Shown in pieces: positions 48,647 to 57,317 of a DNA stretch of 64,000 nt (its first letter is position 1; every line of letters begins with the position of its first letter). A program made the position numbers and the translations under genes. The notes under the pieces were generated by a model, which saw only the letters and a list, made by a program, of their open reading frames with translations, searched no databases and had not been told where the DNA came from. This stretch comes from Bacillota bacterium (GTDB lineage: Bacteria; Bacillota; DTU065), in the NCBI GenBank assembly GCA_018435125.1, contig JAHDNZ010000021.1, positions 5,539-69,538 on the forward strand, read 5' to 3'.

Positions 48647-49360
48647 GTGGGAGAATTGGAAGGAAGATTTAAAATCTTTCTAGTTGAAGACGATGATAAG
48701 ATTGCCAATATTTTAAAAGAAGAATTGGAACGGTATTCATATCTGGTTTACCGCGCTGAAGAGTATAACCATATTAAAACTGAATTTCTTGCCTATAGTC
48801 CGGATTTGGTGGTTTTGGATATAAATCTACCGCGTTTTGACGGCTATTACTGGTGCCGGCAGATCAGGACTATTTCCAAGATTCCAATTTTAATTATTTC
48901 AGCTCGCTCCAATGAACTAGACCAAGTGCGTGCCATTGAAAACGGAGCAGATGATTTTATTGTTAAACCATTTAACCTTGAACTGGCTATGGCTAAAATA
49001 AGAAGCGCCTTAAGACGTTCCTATGGTGAATATGCCAAAGGTGGTTCAAATAATATCTTACAGATAAAGGGTGTCTATTTAAACCGCAATCAGAACACAA
49101 TTACCTTTAAAAATAAGGCTATTGAACTCTCACCTAAAGAATTTGGCTTATTAAGTACCCTTTTTGAAAATGCGGGTGAAATAGTTACCAGAGAAGATTT
49201 GCTGTTGGCTATTTGGGATGATACTGAATTTGTCGATGATAATACTCTTACTGTCAATGTAACTAGGGTAAGAAAAAAGCTGGAAGAAATCGGTTTAATA
49301 GATGTAATCGAAACTAAACGAGGGCAAGGTTATAAATTAGTTCCTGCCTGGGAGGATTAA
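48647..49360 (+). CDS. OmpR-family response regulator, BceR-like (start uncertain)
   Basis: Receiver FKIFLVEDDD...DLVVLDINLP...K plus winged-helix output (...TVNVTRVRKKLE...TKRGQGYKL). Confidence 0.85.
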   Translation: MGELEGRFKIFLVEDDDKIANILKEELERYSYLVYRAEEYNHIKTEFLAYSPDLVVLDINLPRFDGYYWCRQIRTISKIPILIISARSNELDQVRAIENGADDFIVKPFNLELAMAKIRSALRRSYGEYAKGGSNNILQIKGVYLNRNQNTITFKNKAIELSPKEFGLLSTLFENAGEIVTREDLLLAIWDDTEFVDDNTLTVNVTRVRKKLEEIGLIDVIETKRGQGYKLVPAWED

Positions 49361-49362
49361 AC

Positions 49363-50424
49363 ATGAATTTTAGCAAGTATCTTAAAGATCAACTTTTATT
49401 TATCTTCGCATTTTTATTAGCGGCTATCTTGATAATTGTGGTGATTGAATTAGATTTTCTGCTTGTGGGAACTTCACTTTCTATATCTAGTTTGCTTTAT
49501 TTAATTACCCTGGCATTAACCATTCTTGCTATGGTACTAATCATTGGCTATTTAATCAAAAAGCCCTTTTATAAAAGGCTTCAGGAGTTAACTTTACAAA
49601 CCGATCTCACCAATATGTCTGGCTTAAACAAAACTAATAATCTCGAAGAGGCTCTAGTAGATGATGCTTGGCAAAACCTCTATCAACTAGCAATTGAAAA
49701 ATTACAGATTTTGGAGCTGGAAAACAAAAAAAATATTTATTTTTTAAGCCAATGGGCTCATCATATGAAAACGCCTGTAGCGGTAATTGATCTTTTAATT
49801 CAAAAAAACCTTGAAAACACTTCTGAGGACAACGCAAAGATTTTAAAAAGTATAAGAGAGGAAAATAATAGCTTAAGTGAAGCCTTAGCAATGCTTTTAA
49901 ATCTTGTCCGTTTGCAGGATTTCACATCTGATTTTCACATTGAAAAGATTTCGGTGTTGGAGCTAACAAGAAGTATAATCAACGACAAGAAAAGAGAATT
50001 TGTGGCCAGAGAGGTCTACCCTTATATCGAAGAAGGACCAAATTTAATTGTGGAAAGTGATGCCAAATGGTTGAGATTTGTCATCGAACAGATTCTGAAT
50101 AATGCTTTAAAATACTCAGCTTGTTTAGATAAACCCGGTCAAGTTATTATGCAGGTAATAACTTGTGAAAATGGCTTTGCTCTAGAGATTGCAGACAACG
50201 GAATCGGTATCGCCAAAGAGGATATTAACCGTGTTTTTGAACCGTTTTATACCGGTCTTACGGGCCGAAAATACCATAAATCCACAGGTATGGGTCTTTA
50301 TCTGGCTTTTGAGATTTGCCAAAAGCTAGGTCATAAACTTGAAATTGAGTCAAAAGAGGGTTTTGGCACTAAGGTTAGAGTTTGTTTTCCTAAGAAGATA
50401 ACTATTTTTTCGGGGGTTATTTAA
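49363..50424 (+). CDS. intramembrane-sensing histidine kinase, BceS-like
   Basis: Two TM helices with almost no external loop. H-box SQWAHHMKTPVAVI. N/G boxes NALKYS, DNGIGI, GMGL. Confidence 0.85.
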   Translation: MNFSKYLKDQLLFIFAFLLAAILIIVVIELDFLLVGTSLSISSLLYLITLALTILAMVLIIGYLIKKPFYKRLQELTLQTDLTNMSGLNKTNNLEEALVDDAWQNLYQLAIEKLQILELENKKNIYFLSQWAHHMKTPVAVIDLLIQKNLENTSEDNAKILKSIREENNSLSEALAMLLNLVRLQDFTSDFHIEKISVLELTRSIINDKKREFVAREVYPYIEEGPNLIVESDAKWLRFVIEQILNNALKYSACLDKPGQVIMQVITCENGFALEIADNGIGIAKEDINRVFEPFYTGLTGRKYHKSTGMGLYLAFEICQKLGHKLEIESKEGFGTKVRVCFPKKITIFSGVI

Positions 50425-50664
50425 CAGTCTAATTACTTCAATGAAAAATATCAGTGGCAAAAGCACACACTTTCAAGTTACTTAAAATAGATACTACCAT
50501 ACCTCTTGCCAAGTCTGTCAGTTGTTAACTATTAAATCGGTTTATTTGCACTCTTACCTAGATGCGACCAAAAATGCCGAAACTAAACAGTATCAATAAT
50601 ATAAATAATTGAAACCTTATAACCTGGCTCTTAATAAAGTGCGGGTTTTTTTCTTTCACATTAG

Positions 50665-50680
50665 CTTACAAAAATGTAAG
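50665..50680. promoter_or_regulatory. BceR-type operator-like inverted repeat CTTACA-AAAA-TGTAAG
   Basis: Perfect 6-4-6 inverted repeat matching the TNACA-N4-TGTAA consensus reported for BceR-like regulators. It lies about 55 bp upstream of a TATAAT at 50733-50738. Confidence 0.55.
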
Positions 50681-50771
50681 TTAAAACTAAATCTTGCAAG
50701 CTCCTTCAATGGGTAGCTCTAAGTTCAAGAGATATAATAATAACAAGAGTTACCTGGAGGGAGTGATTTAA

Positions 50772-52349
50772 GTGCAACAGATTAATTCCCTGGTACCCTC
50801 TAAAAAAGATAGCTATTATTTGCCTGGTTTTAATAGATTCGCTAAATATAATAAACTTGAATTTTCTAAAGCAAGACTATTATTAGCACAAATTTTAATT
50901 ATTTTAGCCAAGGAAATCAGACTGTTATTTACAGCTACATTTCTCTTTATGCTAAACAGACTATTAACCTTAAGCATTTCAAATCTGATCAGGTTTGCCT
51001 TTATAGAGGGCTCCTTGGCTTATAGTCTGTTAAATATAACTCTACTTATTGCTAAGGTCTGTACTATAGTTGTAATTATCAATAAATCAGTAAGCAGTAA
51101 TAATTTAGATGGAACTAACCAAGATAAAATCGAGAAAGTGCTAGCAGTTATTCTTGCCATCTGGCTAGGGTATTTTTTTAGCAACATCGTTCCGGGAACA
51201 AGTAATTTTAGTTGGCAGAGTATTTTAATCCTAAGTATAATTGGAGCAGGTAGAGCCTTTTTTACTGCTAATACTCAAAAAGAGACCGAGATGGTTTTTA
51301 ATCTTAGCCAACATATATGGGGTTTTGCTTTTTTGTTATTTACCTATATTTCAATATTAGTACTACCTAGACCCTATCTTTATCTGCTGGCTATGCCACT
51401 TGGGTTTTTTGGTGTATTAGGGAAAATCTTAATCTGTGACAGTTTACCTTATAAAACACCCAACAAAGTTTGGAAATATTTATTATCCTGTGTTTTAGCT
51501 CTAGCCCTGATCTCCGGGATTATTTATACCAGCTATGTGAAAAATCTCGTGAGAGAAAACGCTCTTTTTTATCCTCAACTTTTGCAAGTAATAACTCCTA
51601 AAGATCAAGATTTAGCTAAACTAAGGCTACCGGAACCTGAATTTATGGGAGAAGGCTTAAAAGCCAATTTGAGAGATAATCAGGTTGAAGTTTATGTGAT
51701 TCCCTATCGCTTTTACCAGGCAATTCGTCCCCAAAGGAAGGTACTGACTCTAGATAATCGTTATCAAGCCATCTTTGTTTATCCAGGTCATAAAACTTCT
51801 AATTATGAAGCAATGAAGTCTAAAGATATCTTAGAATTACCTTGTGAAAATGTGGAGCTTAGTTTTATCTTTGATACTAGCGGACCCCTATTAAATAGCG
51901 ATTTAAAAAGCCGACCAGTTTTAGTAGTTAGTGATATTGATTTTCTATCCTTATGTAAAAAAGAGGACAAAGCTCTAGTCGAAATAAGCCTTTGGCAAAA
52001 CAACAAAAAGGCTAAAGCCGCTTATTTAGCCTACGGTCAAGTTGGTCTTAAGAATAGACTTAGCAGCAGTGTTGCTTGCAGGGAAAAGCTATCTAGAACC
52101 AGTAAAATGGCAGTTATTTTTGTTACCGTGTTAATAGGAGGAGCACTAGCTATCTTTTGCAGTAGCTTTAATCTCAAAACAGAACCTTTGGGTGGCTTTT
52201 TTACCACTTTAGGCTTAAGTTTAATGGAAAGTTCAGCTCTTCTTAAGGTACTTGAGAAATTTCAAGCCAAACTACTCGGGGCTACCATTTTAAGCTTAAT
52301 CGGACTGTTTTTTTTACTTATGGGCTTATTTCGGTTAAGAGATTCCTAG
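50772..52349 (+). CDS. uncharacterised 525-aa polytopic membrane protein, first gene of the putative Bce operon
   Basis: GGAGGGAG RBS then GTG. About 7 N-terminal TM helices, an about 180-aa soluble middle region and 2 C-terminal TM helices. No family recognised. Confidence 0.7.
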   Translation: MQQINSLVPSKKDSYYLPGFNRFAKYNKLEFSKARLLLAQILIILAKEIRLLFTATFLFMLNRLLTLSISNLIRFAFIEGSLAYSLLNITLLIAKVCTIVVIINKSVSSNNLDGTNQDKIEKVLAVILAIWLGYFFSNIVPGTSNFSWQSILILSIIGAGRAFFTANTQKETEMVFNLSQHIWGFAFLLFTYISILVLPRPYLYLLAMPLGFFGVLGKILICDSLPYKTPNKVWKYLLSCVLALALISGIIYTSYVKNLVRENALFYPQLLQVITPKDQDLAKLRLPEPEFMGEGLKANLRDNQVEVYVIPYRFYQAIRPQRKVLTLDNRYQAIFVYPGHKTSNYEAMKSKDILELPCENVELSFIFDTSGPLLNSDLKSRPVLVVSDIDFLSLCKKEDKALVEISLWQNNKKAKAAYLAYGQVGLKNRLSSSVACREKLSRTSKMAVIFVTVLIGGALAIFCSSFNLKTEPLGGFFTTLGLSLMESSALLKVLEKFQAKLLGATILSLIGLFFLLMGLFRLRDS

Positions 52350-52399
52350 AGAAATAAAATAAATAAGAGCAGATATTTTTGTTTAGAAGGAGGAAAAAA

Positions 52400-53176
52400 A
52401 TGGTTATACTTGAAGCAACTCGACTGGGAAAGATTTATGGAGGTAAAGCAGGCAAACCAGCTACTCAGGCTTTGGAAAATGTGAGTTTTAGTTTAAAAAA
52501 GGGTGAATTTGTAGGTATTATGGGCCCTTCCGGTTCAGGTAAAACCACTCTGTTAAATTTAATTTCTACCATTGATAGACCAACAACAGGTAAAGTAATA
52601 ATTAATAACCAGGATATCTCAGCCTTAAAAGGAGAGCAGCTGGCTAGTTTTAGAAGAAAGGAACTAGGTTTTATATTTCAAGATTTTAATCTTCTAGATA
52701 CCTTAACCATCGAAGAAAATATTGCTTTACCCTTAGTGATAGGGAAAGTACCATACAAGGTTTTAACCAAAAAGGTTTCTGAAGTAGCCAAAGCTTTAGG
52801 AATCAGTGAAGTCCTCCCAAAATATCCCTATGAAGTCTCAGGAGGAGAGCAGCAACGAGCTGCCGCAGCCAGAGCAATTGTTCATGATCCAGCTTTAATA
52901 TTAGCTGATGAACCAACCGGAAATCTGGATTCTAAATCCTCAAAAGATCTCATGGAAGCATTAAAGGGTTTAAATTTAAATCAGTCAACTATTTTAATGG
53001 TTACTCACGATCCCTTTGTGGCTAGTTATTGCCAGAGAATACTCTTTATTCATGATGGTAAGCTTTATACGCAGATTCAAAGCGGTGATAACAGACAAGC
53101 CTTTTTTCAACAAATACTTGATGTTTTATCCATGCTAGGAGGTAGCGTGAGTGAACTTACAAAAAATCGCTTATAA
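52400..53176 (+). CDS. ABC transporter ATP-binding protein, BceA-like
   Basis: GAAGGAGG RBS. Walker A GPSGSGKTT, signature SGGEQQR, Walker B ILADEPT. Confidence 0.9.
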   Translation: MVILEATRLGKIYGGKAGKPATQALENVSFSLKKGEFVGIMGPSGSGKTTLLNLISTIDRPTTGKVIINNQDISALKGEQLASFRRKELGFIFQDFNLLDTLTIEENIALPLVIGKVPYKVLTKKVSEVAKALGISEVLPKYPYEVSGGEQQRAAAARAIVHDPALILADEPTGNLDSKSSKDLMEALKGLNLNQSTILMVTHDPFVASYCQRILFIHDGKLYTQIQSGDNRQAFFQQILDVLSMLGGSVSELTKNRL

Positions 53177-55121
53177 AAATGTCAGGCAAAATATGAACAG
53201 ATATATAGTTTATATTGCCAGCATGTCCTTTACGGTAATGATTTTTTATCTGTATATCTCGTTAATGACTCATCCTAAACTTTCAACTAGTTTTATAGGG
53301 GCCGATAAGGTAAAAATTGCTATGAAAGCAGCTGCCATAGTTATTGCTGTTTTTACCTTTATCTTTTTGCTTTTTTCAGCCACAGCCTTCTTAAGAAGCC
53401 GCAAAAAAGAGTTTGGTCTGTTAAGTCTTTTGGGTATCTCCAATAGACAGCTTAGTACGATTGTTATTTGGGAAAATATTATTATCGGCGCTATGGCGTT
53501 AGGTATTGGTATTAGTTTTGGTATTTTGTTTCAAAAACTTTTTTTAATGGCTGTCAGTGCCTTAATTCATCTACCAGATCCATTAGGCTTTTATCTTTCC
53601 ACAAAAATCATTTTAACTACAATATTTACTTTCGGAACTTTATTTCTTATAGTTGCTATTTTCTCCTTAAAAGAAGTCTTGAAAACATCGGTTGTAGACT
53701 TGATCAAAGCCAGCAAGAAACCTAAAAAACTACCTAGACACTCTAAAACAGTAGCCGCTTTAGGAGTTTTACTAATTCTTACCGGTTATGCTTTGGCTTT
53801 TTATGCCAAAGCTGATATAATACCGCTTCTGGTTCTGCCTGTAATTGCCATCACCTGTCTTGGTACCTATCTGGCGATGAAAGAAGCTACCATGGCTATT
53901 TTAGCACTGCTTAGAAAAAACCGCCGATATTTCTTTCGCACAGATCATTTTCTTAATGTCAGTCATCTTAGTTTTAAGATGAAAGTCAATTATCGTACCA
54001 TGAGTAGTGTCGCTATCTTAGTTGCGGTTATTCTTACCGCCCTAGGGACTATATTTACCGTTTACAGCGTTCTAGAGGAGGAAGTTTCATCTAATTACCC
54101 TAATCATTATGAACTAGCCGGAGACAGAAACTATTTTGATGTACCAAGCAAAGAGCTGGAAAGAATATTCTACGAAGAAGATATAAAAGTCCAAAGAATA
54201 GACATTACAGGTATAATGACAACTATAGATATCAGTGTACTTTTTAAAAGTTATAACACCGACCGACGATTTCAGGTTATTATTCTGCCTTACTCTTACT
54301 ATGAGAACCAAAAAGGACAAAAACGAATCTTAAATGATGATGAAGCGTTAATACTAAATTACTATTACTACTCACCAGAAAGAGAAGAAAAAATTTCCAC
54401 CGATACTTTGATTATCGGAGAGCAGGGGTTTTATTTTAATAAAATCTATACCGAAGAAAATACCCTAGTTAATCAAGGTCATTATCGCGTCCCTCAATTA
54501 ATTGTTACTGATACCGTTTATAAAAAAATGCAAGCCTTAGCTTTAGAAACAGTTAGTTTTCGTTTATATAATAGCAAACAGTGGAAAACTAAAAGAGCAG
54601 CTATAGCAGCTCGTAGAATAAAAAAAGAAGTTGCTTTACCGGGATTAACCAAACAAGAGCCATATAAACTGGTGCTTACAACCTCTCCCGATCTATACGA
54701 AGAGAGTCAGGTAGATTTAGGATTAGCACTATTTGTGGGTTTTCTTGTAACCTTAGTCTTCTTTGCGGCCTGTTGCAGTTTACTCTATTTTAGGCTTTTT
54801 ACCGAAATTGACGAAGATCGTAAAAATTATCAACGTCTCAGGGAATTAGGTTTGTCTTCCAAAGAGATGCAAAAAATCACCTTAAAACAGGTCCTAATTA
54901 TCTTTATGCTGCCTTATCTATTAGCTATTGGCCATTCTTTCTTTGCTTTAAGTGCTTTAAGCACAATTGCTGAATATACAGTTTTAAAAACTACGGCTAA
55001 GACTGTTGTTTTATCACATGGAATTTTAATCACACTTTTATATCTTTTGCTGTATACCCTTTACTTTTTTACTGCTTTTAGTGTATACTGGAAGAGCCTA
55101 AGTAAGGCGGAATTAAAATAA
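53151..55121 (+). CDS. ABC transporter permease, BceB-like (FtsX domains, 10 TM, large external domain)
   Basis: GTG after GGAGG, overlapping the ATPase gene by 26 nt. 656 aa with an about 200-aa hydrophilic insert between TM7 and TM8. Confidence 0.85.
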   Translation: MNLQKIAYKNVRQNMNRYIVYIASMSFTVMIFYLYISLMTHPKLSTSFIGADKVKIAMKAAAIVIAVFTFIFLLFSATAFLRSRKKEFGLLSLLGISNRQLSTIVIWENIIIGAMALGIGISFGILFQKLFLMAVSALIHLPDPLGFYLSTKIILTTIFTFGTLFLIVAIFSLKEVLKTSVVDLIKASKKPKKLPRHSKTVAALGVLLILTGYALAFYAKADIIPLLVLPVIAITCLGTYLAMKEATMAILALLRKNRRYFFRTDHFLNVSHLSFKMKVNYRTMSSVAILVAVILTALGTIFTVYSVLEEEVSSNYPNHYELAGDRNYFDVPSKELERIFYEEDIKVQRIDITGIMTTIDISVLFKSYNTDRRFQVIILPYSYYENQKGQKRILNDDEALILNYYYYSPEREEKISTDTLIIGEQGFYFNKIYTEENTLVNQGHYRVPQLIVTDTVYKKMQALALETVSFRLYNSKQWKTKRAAIAARRIKKEVALPGLTKQEPYKLVLTTSPDLYEESQVDLGLALFVGFLVTLVFFAACCSLLYFRLFTEIDEDRKNYQRLRELGLSSKEMQKITLKQVLIIFMLPYLLAIGHSFFALSALSTIAEYTVLKTTAKTVVLSHGILITLLYLLLYTLYFFTAFSVYWKSLSKAELK

Positions 55122-55148
55122 AGACCGGGTTAACCCCGGTCTCTTTTT
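55121..55148 (+). terminator. rho-independent terminator
   Basis: AAGACCGGG-TTAAC-CCCGGTCTCTTTTT. Confidence 0.85.
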
Positions 55149-55235
55149 GGATCGGTTTTGAGTACTTACTATTCTAACACTAGGTTTGGATAAAAAAAGC
55201 TTTAGGGCCTAAGAATTAAAGTGGAGGGGTAGAAA

Positions 55236-55868
55236 TTGAGAAACGTTGGGTTACAGTTTACTATTAATCTGCAGGATGTAGATCCTAATCCTGCTTGGTA
55301 TACAGTTGTTACCAAGACAAATTATGAGAAGAAAGTGGCTAAAGACTTGCAAATGGGTATTAAAAATGCAGCTTTTAAGGACGATATCATTGAAGTAGTT
55401 GTGCCGATTAAAGATGTGGAAGAGACTATCCCCGGCAGAGATGGCCGCCAAGAAAAAGTTCAAAAAACAGAAAAGCTTTTCCCGTCCTATATATTTGTGA
55501 AAGCACGCATGAATGAAGAAGTCTGGCGCTATTTACGGGGAGTTACAGGTGTTTCCACCATTTTATCGGTAGGTGGCTATTTAAGCACTATGAGCGAACA
55601 AGAGATACGCAAAATCAAGAATTACTGTGGTTTACTAGAAAAAGAGGAACAGGCTAAAAAAGCCGAACTTAACCGCGAGATTGAAGAACTTAAAAAGAAG
55701 CTTAAAAACAAGGTTGGTGCCAAAGCTATTATTCGCGGTGGTATCTTTGACGGGTATACCGGGAAAATAAGTGAACTTGATTTTGGCAAAAGTAAAGTTA
55801 CCGTTATTATTGATAATAGTGCCATCTCAGTTGAATTAAACTTTACCGATATTGAACTTTTAGATTAA
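55236..55868 (+). CDS. NusG-family paralogue (NGN domain, coiled-coil linker, KOW domain)
   Basis: GGAGGGG RBS and TTG start. NGN: WYTVVTKTNYEKKVAKDL...FPSYIFVKARMNEEVWRYLRGVTGV. Lys/Glu-rich linker. KOW: GAKAIIRGGIFDGYTGKISELD. Confidence 0.75.
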   Translation: MRNVGLQFTINLQDVDPNPAWYTVVTKTNYEKKVAKDLQMGIKNAAFKDDIIEVVVPIKDVEETIPGRDGRQEKVQKTEKLFPSYIFVKARMNEEVWRYLRGVTGVSTILSVGGYLSTMSEQEIRKIKNYCGLLEKEEQAKKAELNREIEELKKKLKNKVGAKAIIRGGIFDGYTGKISELDFGKSKVTVIIDNSAISVELNFTDIELLD

Positions 55869-55874
55869 CTCATT

Positions 55875-55956
55875 AAAGACCTACCCTAATTGATCTTACC
55901 TCAAAAGTTGATTCTATCATCTAACTTTTGAGGTGTACTTCAAATGGGGGGTCTTT
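55875..55956 (+). terminator. two-tier hairpin (nested stems) followed by a T-rich tract
   Basis: Outer AAAGACC..CCC / GGG..GGTCTTT encloses an inner perfect 12-bp stem ACCTCAAAAGTT / AACTTTTGAGGT. Confidence 0.6.
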
Positions 55957-56137
55957 TGTTTTATATATGGAAATACTAATAAACTTTGCTTATTAGTAGC
56001 TAAAGTTTTTAAAAGCTAAGCTTAAATTTGAAAAACAGCTATTTATAGTACTTAACTACTGTTCTAAAATAAGAGCAGGAAGGGTTTAAGCAACCAGAGA
56101 AAGGTTTCTAAAGCGTTAAATTAAAGGAGAGAGAGCA

Positions 56138-57079
56138 GTGGCTTTTATTGGTGAAAATGAAGTTCGAAAAAAACTTAATGCTGTTAATTCAGCTTTAACA
56201 AAGGACCAGCTTAAATTAGTTTTGGACCAAGATAAATCCCGAGATTATCAAGCTAAGGTCCAAGTTTATGAGAAAGAGATAATAAAAGGAAAGGCTATTA
56301 TCTATTATTCGGTTAAAAAGAATAGTTTTAAATTGCGTTTTCTTAATCTTGATGATGATACCTTAAAAGCTAAAATTGATAAGCAATTTTTTGACAGTAA
56401 TGATCAAACCGGTCTGACAGCTTATGTAGATGGTTCTTATCTAAATGGTACAACAGCCTATGGTGTAGTTTTACTAAAGGACAATCAGGTAGTAAAGGAG
56501 TTAAATGGCATTCTGGAAGCTAAGGATGCTATCTATCACCAGATAGGCGGAGAATTGAAAGCTGCGTTAGTAGCTATGAAATGGGCTTTGGCCAACGGTT
56601 ATCAAGCCTTAACTATCTGTTACGATTACGCTGGTGTAAAGAAATTTGCTACTAATGAATGGCAAGCTGAAAACGAACTTGCCTTATTTTATCAGAAAGA
56701 AACTAAAAGTTTGGGACTTGATATTAAGTGGGTTAAAATAGCAGCTCACACTGGAGATAAATGGAACGAGAGAGCGGATATTTTAGCCAAAGAAGCTGCC
56801 CTAAATAATAAACTCGCTGATACTACTTTGCCAAAAGCAGAAAAACTAGGAGCAGAGTTTGCTTTATTATTAGAAGAAAAAGGGTTTAAGGTAGAGAATA
56901 AAGGTCTAATTAATGGCCAATTTGTAAGGCTAATTATTACAGATACTTCATTACAGCCACTTTATTTTGATCTTTATGATACCAAAAACAGACCGCTCAT
57001 ACCTTATATTCATGGGAAAAATCAGCTTCTACAAAATGAGGTTGGAGAAATATTTGCCACATTAAAAAAAGAAGGCTAG
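56138..57079 (+). CDS. RNase H (type 1) domain flanked by uncharacterised N- and C-terminal domains
   Basis: Catalytic residues readable: AYVDGSY (D), GGELKAAL (E), ICYDYAG (D), AHTGDKWNERADILAKEAA (H, D). About 95 aa N-terminal and 85 aa C-terminal extras. Confidence 0.8.
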   Translation: MAFIGENEVRKKLNAVNSALTKDQLKLVLDQDKSRDYQAKVQVYEKEIIKGKAIIYYSVKKNSFKLRFLNLDDDTLKAKIDKQFFDSNDQTGLTAYVDGSYLNGTTAYGVVLLKDNQVVKELNGILEAKDAIYHQIGGELKAALVAMKWALANGYQALTICYDYAGVKKFATNEWQAENELALFYQKETKSLGLDIKWVKIAAHTGDKWNERADILAKEAALNNKLADTTLPKAEKLGAEFALLLEEKGFKVENKGLINGQFVRLIITDTSLQPLYFDLYDTKNRPLIPYIHGKNQLLQNEVGEIFATLKKEG

Positions 57080-57317
57080 AAACTTAGCTTTTAGGACTTA
57101 AAAGTAAGAAGGTCTATTTTTTACAATCAGAGCTAGAAACAGGTTAACTAAAGGTTAGAAACAGTCAAATTTTAAGCTGAGGGAAGAAAACAGTGATTTA
57201 GCATCTAGGATAATTATTAAGTAAAATTGAAGAACATACGATTATAATAATATGTTAGCAAGGTTTAAGTGGTTTTTAACAAACCCCAAAACTTAAGAAA
57301 AAGGGGTGGTAAGATAA

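Noticed and set aside
50447-50491. 14-codon mini-ORF MKNISGKSTHFQVT after the histidine kinase gene
   Set aside because: It has no RBS and is too short to support. It was considered as a possible peptide linked to the Bce module but nothing backs that up.
42751-55148. Near-identical terminator cores ACCGGG-(A/T)TAAC-CCCGGT at 42754 and 55124
   Set aside because: There are only about 17 nt of similarity, and both function plausibly as ordinary intrinsic terminators. This is not enough to call a repeat family without a genome-wide count.
55236-55868. Possibility that this is the housekeeping nusG
   Set aside because: There is no secE, rplK or rplA neighbourhood. The coiled-coil insertion and N-terminal extension are atypical. 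It is treated as a paralogue pending a whole-genome check.
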